64,000 bases of DNA, taken from NCBI GenBank assembly GCA_944369075.1, contig CALVXK010000006.1:11380-75379 (forward strand), written 5' to 3'. This document shows positions 49,561 to 56,609 of this stretch, piece after piece (position 1 is the first letter of the stretch; every line of letters starts with the position of its first letter). Position numbers and translations under genes: made by a program. The stretch is from an uncultured Bacilli bacterium. GTDB lineage: Bacteria; Bacillota_I; Bacilli_A; RFN20; CAG-826. The notes under the pieces were generated by a model. The model ran no database searches. It had not been told where the DNA came from and saw only the letters and a program-made list of their open reading frames with translations.

Positions 49561-50488
49561 TTATATATTTAGAAAAAAAGGAAGTCATTTTATTATTAAA
49601 ATCGATTGAATCATCTAAATCAGGATAAAGTACATTAAATACATGTATTGCTTTTTCATTATCTAAATCAACAAATTTATGTTCAATATTTAGTTTATTT
49701 AAATCATTATCAAGTAATTTAGATTGATATGAAAAAGATTTATCTCCTTTAGAAGTTAAAATAAGAATAGGAGAAATAGTAGAATCTTCTTTTAAAACTT
49801 CTTGAGGTTCACATTTATTATATAAATTAGATTTAATATAGTTTTTACCTAAAAGAGTTCTTTTTATGCCATCCATACATACTTCACTAAAATATTTTTC
49901 GTTAGGGATTCTACCTAAATCTTTAATGTAACAAGTAGCATGGTTTAAACATATTGCTTTAATATTTTTGTTATATTCTTTTTTAGAAAGATGATAAGTA
50001 TCGTATAAATCTTCATTATTTATTACCGCATTATATAAAAATATTAACTCTCCTCCAGCACTATCTCCAACCATAAATATATTGTTCATATCTAAATAAT
50101 ATTTATCTTTATTAGCATAAAGATAGTTTAAATAATCATCGATTTCATGAAGTTGATCGATTAATTTTGCTTTAAAAGCAAGAGTATAAGATAAAGTAGA
50201 CACATTAAAATTATATTTAGTTAAATGATAAGCAAAATTATCATCCATATCTTTATTTCCATATGCCCAACCTCCTCCATGGATATGGATTATTAATGGT
50301 CTAACTTCTTTAGTAGTATCATAATATAAATTAAATTCTAGGTTTTTCTTTGAATAAGTTGAATAAAATGAAGAAGATTCTTTAATTACATCTAAAGGGA
50401 GTGTTTCTTTAGCGTGTAATTTAGCATCTCCTATTGCAGCTTCTTTCCATATCTTTTTGTAGATATATTTAAATAATAAGTATTTCAT
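49550..50488 (-). CDS. alpha/beta hydrolase fold-3 esterase/lipase (HSL-like)
   Basis: 312 aa with oxyanion motif HIHGGGWAYG and nucleophile motif GDSAGG. Confidence 0.8.
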   Translation of the reverse strand: MKYLLFKYIYKKIWKEAAIGDAKLHAKETLPLDVIKESSSFYSTYSKKNLEFNLYYDTTKEVRPLIIHIHGGGWAYGNKDMDDNFAYHLTKYNFNVSTLSYTLAFKAKLIDQLHEIDDYLNYLYANKDKYYLDMNNIFMVGDSAGGELIFLYNAVINNEDLYDTYHLSKKEYNKNIKAICLNHATCYIKDLGRIPNEKYFSEVCMDGIKRTLLGKNYIKSNLYNKCEPQEVLKEDSTISPILILTSKGDKSFSYQSKLLDNDLNKLNIEHKFVDLDNEKAIHVFNVLYPDLDDSIDFNNKMTSFFSKYITKD

Positions 50489-50689
50489 ACGACGTATATT
50501 TTAATACAAAGTGTTGATAATTGCTTTAAAAATATTAGTAATATTTGATGGGAAGATTAAAATAAAGTTCCACGTGAGCATAATATAAAAATTAAAGGTA
50601 TTTTTGCATTGAAATTTAAAGTAATTGTTAGTGATTGTTAGTAAAATATAAATACCTATTATATAAGGTGAAAAAAGTGGTGTTTTTCG

Positions 50690-50705
50690 GTTTTCACGTG
50701 AAAAA
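50690..50705. promoter_or_regulatory. near-perfect 16-bp palindrome GTTTTCACGTGAAAAA (candidate operator)
   Basis: 15 of 16 positions are self-complementary around CACGTG. It is the best copy of the window-wide CACGTG-RAAAC motif and sits in the 588-nt esterase/SIR2 divergent spacer. Two further copies have CACGTG cores at 50571-50576 and 50795-50800. Confidence 0.5.
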
Positions 50706-51076
50706 TCGGGACATATTTTCAATGAAAAATGGAATGTAAATATAGTGTTTATATCTTTAATAAAAATTCGACAATAATGGTAATATTTTCTTATCACGTG
50801 GAAACTTTTTATTTGAATAATAAAAAGTAGATTTTTAAAATTACTAATTTTCTCCTAATGTAGTCATTTTCGATAAATATTACGCTGAATTAGCCATTGA
50901 ATTTGGCTTCTTAGGGTATTGCAAAATTCAATTTTATGGATTTAAGTTTCTATAGTAATAAGGATTACCTTGTATTTTTAAATTAAAATAAATTTAGAAA
51001 ATATTTATGTAATAATGTTTACTTAATTTAATGCTTTCGTGTTAGAATTTTTAATGGTAAGGAAACATTATTATTT

Positions 51077-52408
51077 ATGAAAAAAATAGAAAGAGAAGAT
51101 TATATATTTCAAAAGAAATGTTACTTAATATTACTTTATTTATTCTATTTAAATGGAGTTAGTTATAAATCGATTATTTCTAGATCATTTGGTTTCCATT
51201 TTGATCCTAAATGTAATTTTAAAGTAGTTGTTTTTTCAAATCATGAACATATTCATAAATATGTTATCCATATTTTTAATTCGTTATGGAAAGCAAATTT
51301 AGAAGAAATTGACGTTATGGGTAATGTCAATTTCTTTAAAGTTAAAAATGTAGATTATTTAGATCCATATATTCCCCAATCATCTTTGAATGTATATTTT
51401 GATGAATATAACTTTAGAGCGATAGGATTTATGGAAGGAAAAAAGATTGATTATCTATTAAAAGATAAGAATAATCCTAAATTTAAGAAAGATGAAGCTA
51501 AAGGGAATATCTTTAAAGATGATATATTATATTTATTAAATTTAGATAAAAATGTTGATAATGAAGAATCTTTTATACATTTCTTACTTAAACTATTTAC
51601 ATATAGAATAGATGTAGATTTAGTTTTAGGTAGTGGAATAAATGCAGATTATGGAGCAAAAGATTGGAAATCATTAACTCATAGTTTAAATGAAAAGTTT
51701 TATGAAGGTAGTATAGATCGAATTAAAGAAATACAACATTATGTTGGTGATGAACTATTTGTTTCTTCAAAGATATTAAAAGCTAATGGATTTGATACAT
51801 ATAAAGAATTAAATAAAGAATTATATTTATTTAAACCAGATATTGATTTTTTCTCTAATAAACAAACAACCTTGTATATAATTACTGATTATATTGCTAG
51901 ACACGATAAAACTACGGTAATTACATATAACTACGATACTAATTTAGAATATATTTTAAAGAAAAGAGGAATATTATATAACACTACTTATGATGATAAT
52001 TCTTTCTTAAATAAAGAAGCTAAAGTATCAATCTTCCATGTTCATGGATTACTTCCTTTTGATCGATATAATGAATATAAATTTACTGACTCATTAATTT
52101 TTAATGAGTCAGAATATTACTACTTATATAACAATCCTTATTCATGGAATATTGCTAAACAACTACATGATTTTATATTTAATACATCTATTTTTATTGG
52201 TATATCATTAACTGATCCAAATATGAAAAGATTATTAGAGTTGGCATCAAATCATTTGAAGTTTAATTTTATATTTATGAAAAGAGAAGAAGGGTTTGAT
52301 GCTAAAACATATAAAGATGTAACTAATTATTTCTTTACTTATGATTTAATTACTATTTGGATAAATGATTATAAAGAGATTAATGATTGGTTAAAAATAA
52401 TTGATTAA
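51077..52408 (+). CDS. SIR2_2-family (ThsA-type SIR2-like) putative NAD+ hydrolase with an uncharacterised N-terminal domain
   Basis: 443 aa. Residues from about 178 to the end carry LVLGSGINADYGAKDWKSL, VITYNYDTNLE (Asn285), IFHVHGLLPF (His323) and IFIGISLTDPNMKRLLE. The N-terminal ~175 aa belong to no family I recognise. Confidence 0.7.
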   Translation: MKKIEREDYIFQKKCYLILLYLFYLNGVSYKSIISRSFGFHFDPKCNFKVVVFSNHEHIHKYVIHIFNSLWKANLEEIDVMGNVNFFKVKNVDYLDPYIPQSSLNVYFDEYNFRAIGFMEGKKIDYLLKDKNNPKFKKDEAKGNIFKDDILYLLNLDKNVDNEESFIHFLLKLFTYRIDVDLVLGSGINADYGAKDWKSLTHSLNEKFYEGSIDRIKEIQHYVGDELFVSSKILKANGFDTYKELNKELYLFKPDIDFFSNKQTTLYIITDYIARHDKTTVITYNYDTNLEYILKKRGILYNTTYDDNSFLNKEAKVSIFHVHGLLPFDRYNEYKFTDSLIFNESEYYYLYNNPYSWNIAKQLHDFIFNTSIFIGISLTDPNMKRLLELASNHLKFNFIFMKREEGFDAKTYKDVTNYFFTYDLITIWINDYKEINDWLKIID

Positions 52409-52413
52409 TATTA

Positions 52414-53604
52414 ATGAAAATAAAAGTTAATGAATTAAATAAAGATTATTCTAATAATTTAGTAACTAAAAGAAGTAGAAGGTTTTTAATTTATCTAGCT
52501 TCTATTTTTTCTTTGCTTATTCTAGTATGTTTTATTCAAGGGTTAATTATTAAACCTTTAGGAGATTTAACTAGTATTTCTAAAAATCTTATTAGTAATA
52601 ATGTATCTATTAGAAATAATTTATATAACGAAGCTTTATCTTCTTCTTTACTAGAATATGAAGAAAAAAGTAATAATAAAGTATTATTAGATGTAGATGA
52701 AGTTATTTATAAAGAAATAAGAAGAGAATTAAAAACTTATATAGTTAATAATAATATTGATGTTAGAGGAGAATTAGTATCTACCTACCAAGAATTTAAT
52801 AATCTAAGTAAAGAAGAGAATATAAATTATTATTTATTTACATATCGAGCTAACTATTTAAAGATCAATGATATTCAAAATAAGGAATTTATTAATTCTT
52901 TATTTAATAAATATTTATCTAATTATTATAAAAATAACTATTTAGATAACTCTTATTTTGAATATCAAGATGATGTAGCATTAAGTTTAATTAAATATGT
53001 TTTTGAAGAAGATTATTCTTCTAAATATAAAGAACTATATGATGAATATTTAAGTAACTATACCTTATTTTATAATGAATTAATTCAAGATTTTGAAAGT
53101 ACTAACAATATATATAAAGATAATTTAATTAAACTTGATGAAAATACTAACAAATATAGTTTACTTTTATTAGTAGAAATATTTATTTCTTATTTTATTT
53201 CTTTTCTATTACTAGAGTTACTTCCTAGATTAATCTTTAAATCTGATGCTAATTTTATGTTTAAGTTATTTAAAGTTATTGGAATAAATAAAAAAACTAA
53301 TAAAAGTAAACTAAAGTTATACCAATATTTAATCTCCTTAGTTTTAAGCTTTATATTTAATATTTATATCTTATTCTTTGTATATCTATTCTTTTATTCT
53401 TCTTTTAACTTATTAAATGTATCTTTCTTTAATATATCATTCTTAGTAATTATTATCTTTACTTTACTTTTATCAATCTTAAATGCGATATATTCTTACT
53501 TTAATAAAAATAAACAAACAATGATTAACTATTTAAGTAAGATAATAATTAAAGATAAAGAAGAATATAATATTAGTACTAATAACAATGGAACAAGTAA
53601 GTAA
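52414..53604 (+). CDS. multi-pass membrane protein, RDD-like type A paralogue 1
   Basis: 396 aa with TKRSRRFLIYLASIF followed by TM1, a ~190-aa N/Y/E/K-rich loop domain and a C-terminal cluster of TM helices. It is clearly paralogous to 55488-56609 and lies 5 nt after the SIR2 gene. Confidence 0.6.
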   Translation: MKIKVNELNKDYSNNLVTKRSRRFLIYLASIFSLLILVCFIQGLIIKPLGDLTSISKNLISNNVSIRNNLYNEALSSSLLEYEEKSNNKVLLDVDEVIYKEIRRELKTYIVNNNIDVRGELVSTYQEFNNLSKEENINYYLFTYRANYLKINDIQNKEFINSLFNKYLSNYYKNNYLDNSYFEYQDDVALSLIKYVFEEDYSSKYKELYDEYLSNYTLFYNELIQDFESTNNIYKDNLIKLDENTNKYSLLLLVEIFISYFISFLLLELLPRLIFKSDANFMFKLFKVIGINKKTNKSKLKLYQYLISLVLSFIFNIYILFFVYLFFYSSFNLLNVSFFNISFLVIIIFTLLLSILNAIYSYFNKNKQTMINYLSKIIIKDKEEYNISTNNNGTSK

Positions 53605-54520
53605 TAAAAAAGTAGAACTACATTATGATGAAGCAAAAGTATCTAAAAGAATTATTTCTAGTATTTTAGATCTTATATTTTTACTTTTACTTTCATTAAT
53701 TTTATATTCTTCTTATTTTTTAATCTTACATAATTCTAGTTATTATAAAAATGAACTAAATACGATAAACAATGTCTTATTAGAATCTAAATTATATGTT
53801 AAAGATGGTGATAAAATATTAAGAATTGATGAATATTTAGATTCAAATAAAGATTATACTTATGAATATAAAATTAATGAAATAGATAATAGACTAAATT
53901 ATTTCTATATCGATTTAAATATTTATAGTAAGAACTCAAATATTGGTAAAGAAACTTTAGAAAAATATAAACATGATAATCCTGAGATATTTATTTATGA
54001 TGAAGAAAGTAAAGAATATGAAATTAATACTAATGCATCTTATTCATCTATTTATAGTTTCTATGTAAAGGTATTAGACGAATCAAGCGGGTACTTTTTA
54101 AATAACGAAACATATCGTTTAACTTCTTCTAATCTTACTAATTTAGAGATTGTTGGAATAGTATCTTCTTATATTATCTCTTATCTTATACTTTACCTTA
54201 TTGTTCCTATTTTTATCTTTCCACGTGGTAATTTAACTCTTGCTAAATTAATATTTAAATATGGTAGTTTAGGCGTTAATGGAATGTGTTTATCTAAAAG
54301 AAGATATTTAGTTAAATTTTTAATTAGTTTCTTTATCGAAAATTTATTATCTTTAGTAACTTTCTTTATCCCTTTAATCGTTTCCTTTGGTATGATGGTT
54401 TTATCTAAAACGCATCAAAATTTTAATGAATATATTACTAATACTTACTCTTTATCTTATGAAAATAAGAAGTTTTATAAGGATTATAACGAGTTCATTT
54501 ACGAGATTTATAAAAATTAG
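53588..54520 (+). CDS. RDD-family-like membrane protein, type B paralogue 1
   Basis: 310 aa with SKRIISSILDLIFLLL (R..D), FPRGNLTLAKLIFKYG and SKTHQNFNEYITNT. It is paralogous to 56599-57600 and overlaps the preceding gene by 17 nt. Confidence 0.6.
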   Translation: MEQVSNKKVELHYDEAKVSKRIISSILDLIFLLLLSLILYSSYFLILHNSSYYKNELNTINNVLLESKLYVKDGDKILRIDEYLDSNKDYTYEYKINEIDNRLNYFYIDLNIYSKNSNIGKETLEKYKHDNPEIFIYDEESKEYEINTNASYSSIYSFYVKVLDESSGYFLNNETYRLTSSNLTNLEIVGIVSSYIISYLILYLIVPIFIFPRGNLTLAKLIFKYGSLGVNGMCLSKRRYLVKFLISFFIENLLSLVTFFIPLIVSFGMMVLSKTHQNFNEYITNTYSLSYENKKFYKDYNEFIYEIYKN

Positions 54521-54554
54521 TATAATGGGAATTAACAAATGTAGGAGGAAAAAG

Positions 54555-54653
54555 ATGAAAATTAAGTCTTTTTTGAACTTGGTTTTAATCTTCCTTTCTC
54601 TTTGCTCATTTAAAAATTTAGAAAACAGTTTTATGTTCGTTCCTGGAAATTAG
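54555..54653 (+). CDS. small ORF (32 aa) with a signal/lipobox-like N-terminus
   Basis: AGGAGG lies 6 nt upstream of the ATG. The product is MKIKSFLNLVLIFLSLCSFKNLENSFMFVPGN. Only these last 32 codons of the track ORF 54426-54653 are plausible. Confidence 0.35.
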   Translation: MKIKSFLNLVLIFLSLCSFKNLENSFMFVPGN

Positions 54654-54827
54654 CTAGGAAGAATGGACAAGCTGAATATGAGAATAATTATCAAAGATAT
54701 AGAAATTAAGAAGAATTTGTGTCTATGGAAGCAATAGAAGTAGAAGCTGAAACGGGCTAAAAGATATAATTTATATAGGAAATAAGCACGCGATTGAAGG
54801 AAGCAAAAAAGTTTATTGGAGGTAAAT

Positions 54828-55427
54828 ATGGTATTAGAATTTAAAATTTTGGATAAAATTAATGAAAGAAAGCTTGATTCGGATGTCTTAAAATCAGATT
54901 TATCTTTAACTGATAAAGAAATAAAACAAATTAAAAAATATAATTTTTCCCCGTCTTTTGAAAAATTATTAAGAATAACAAATTATTTTGAGTTTAGTGA
55001 TAAAGACAAAGACGAAATAATGGCTGAATATAAGGACAAACAATGTTCAAGATCTAATAAATTCACTAAAATAAATTTTTTCAATTTATTATCTATTATT
55101 TCTTCTATATTTTTATTAGTATTAATTCTGACAATTTATAACTTAAACAAAGTAGATACCTCTAGACGCTACCTTACTGATATATGGACTATATTTTTTC
55201 TCGTATCAGCATTATTGTTTTTGTGTATTAGTTTATTTTCAATTGCCTATGTATTTTCAGCTTTGGTTTTTTATGGAAATGCGCTAATGATTGATAGAAT
55301 TAAATATATTGTATCTCTGATTTTGATGGTTTTATCCTTTGCTATACTTTTATCAGCATTATTATTATTATCTTCAAATTTTGTGGAAATTATTTTATAT
55401 TTAAGCCGTAGATATATTATAGATTAG
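54828..55427 (+). CDS. membrane-anchored XRE-type HTH protein
   Basis: The N-terminal ~70 aa have the HTH_XRE layout (ILDKINERKLDSDVLKSDLSLTDKEIKQIKKYNFSPSFEKLLRITNYFEFS), followed by about four TM helices. The ATG at 54828 follows GGAGG. Confidence 0.6.
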   Translation: MVLEFKILDKINERKLDSDVLKSDLSLTDKEIKQIKKYNFSPSFEKLLRITNYFEFSDKDKDEIMAEYKDKQCSRSNKFTKINFFNLLSIISSIFLLVLILTIYNLNKVDTSRRYLTDIWTIFFLVSALLFLCISLFSIAYVFSALVFYGNALMIDRIKYIVSLILMVLSFAILLSALLLLSSNFVEIILYLSRRYIID

Positions 55428-55487
55428 TAAGTAAGCTACATAAATTCTTTATTGTTAATTCCTCTTTTATAATGTTTAATATTTAAG

Positions 55488-56609
55488 ATGGAATTTAAAG
55501 AAGAGAATAAAAAACACATAGATATATATCCAACAAAGGTAGGAAGAAGAATCTTAGTATTCTTGGGAGAAATATTTTTAACTTTAATAATTTCAACTAT
55601 TCTTTTCGAATTAGTAATCTTTCAAATTTCTAGACCAATAATAAAATACGATCAAATAACCGAAAATATTTCATCTTCTCAAGAAAAAATATTTAGACTG
55701 CTTTATGAAAGAGAATTACTTTTTTATGAAGATAACACTAATGTTTATAACATTAACGATAGTCTAGAATATACCAATTCGTTATTACTAAAATATTATG
55801 TTTTCGAAGATAAAGAAGATGAAAATAAAGAAATTTTTGTAAATTATGTTGTTAACTATAAAGAAGATAAAGCTGATAGAATTAACGAACTTTATCTTCT
55901 TTATGGTAAAGAATATTTTGATACCTCATCTTTTACTTCTTTAGGTACTTATAAACTAAAAGAACAGTATAAAGAAGCTTTCTCGCATAATTATCTTGAA
56001 GGGGATGAGATGTCAACTGAAGCTTATGAAGATTTTAACAATTTTCGAGATAATGTATTTGTTAAACTTTTTGGTGCTTTAACTGATGATATTGCTCTTA
56101 ATGATTTAAAATCGCTCGATGGAACTTACTCTTATTTATCGCTTAGAAATGATATAGAAGATAACGAAAATGTTTTACAAAACGATTATATAATCTGTTC
56201 TTATATTTCATTTGTTATTACATGTGTCATTTTATATTTTGTTATTCCTTTAACAAATAATAAAAGACAAACTTTAATTGAAAAAATATTAAAAGTTGAA
56301 AGAATAAATAAAAATGATATGTCTTATTTAAAAAGAAATATGGTTATTAGTGTATCGTTATTTAAAGTAATTGATGCAATGGTTTTAATGTTTTTAATTC
56401 CTTTTCTAAGAGTAGGTTTATCTTATTTATTTTCATTACCTATTTTATATTTACCTTCATTAATTGCATTAATTATTGTTATTATCAATTTATTTATTAC
56501 AATATTTACAACATTTAATACTTCTTTAAAAGAAATCACTACTAATTCAATAGTAGTAGATGAATCAAGTTTAAATCAATATTACGAAGAATTAGGCTAT
56601 GGAAAATAA
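55488..56609 (+). CDS. multi-pass membrane protein, RDD-like type A paralogue 2
   Basis: 373 aa with TKVGRRILVFLGEIF followed by TM1, a loop domain and a C-terminal TM cluster. It aligns by eye with 52414-53604. Confidence 0.6.
   Translation: MEFKEENKKHIDIYPTKVGRRILVFLGEIFLTLIISTILFELVIFQISRPIIKYDQITENISSSQEKIFRLLYERELLFYEDNTNVYNINDSLEYTNSLLLKYYVFEDKEDENKEIFVNYVVNYKEDKADRINELYLLYGKEYFDTSSFTSLGTYKLKEQYKEAFSHNYLEGDEMSTEAYEDFNNFRDNVFVKLFGALTDDIALNDLKSLDGTYSYLSLRNDIEDNENVLQNDYIICSYISFVITCVILYFVIPLTNNKRQTLIEKILKVERINKNDMSYLKRNMVISVSLFKVIDAMVLMFLIPFLRVGLSYLFSLPILYLPSLIALIIVIINLFITIFTTFNTSLKEITTNSIVVDESSLNQYYEELGYGK

Noticed and set aside
50501-50797. 98-aa minus-strand ORF in the long esterase/SIR2 spacer.
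   Set aside because: It has a GTG start that sits inside a CACGTG motif, and no SD. The translation is F/I/N/Y-rich and low in complexity. One chance ORF of this length is roughly expected in 64 kb of this composition. I treat it as non-coding, while flagging the region itself as a finding.
51077-52408. Classifying the SIR2-like gene as Thoeris ThsA, or as part of DSR, SIR2-HerA, pAgo-SIR2 or AVAST.
   Set aside because: The protein has no SLOG domain (the SIR2 module is C-terminal, not N-terminal). No TIR (ThsB), HerA, Argonaute or STAND-NTPase gene lies nearby. The protein is also far too short for DSR1/2.
54426-54554. The long form of track ORF 54426-54653 (75 aa).
   Set aside because: The first 43 codons overlap the 3' end of the RDD-like gene in another frame and have no ribosome-binding site. 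Only the last 32 codons, with a strong AGGAGG, are considered.
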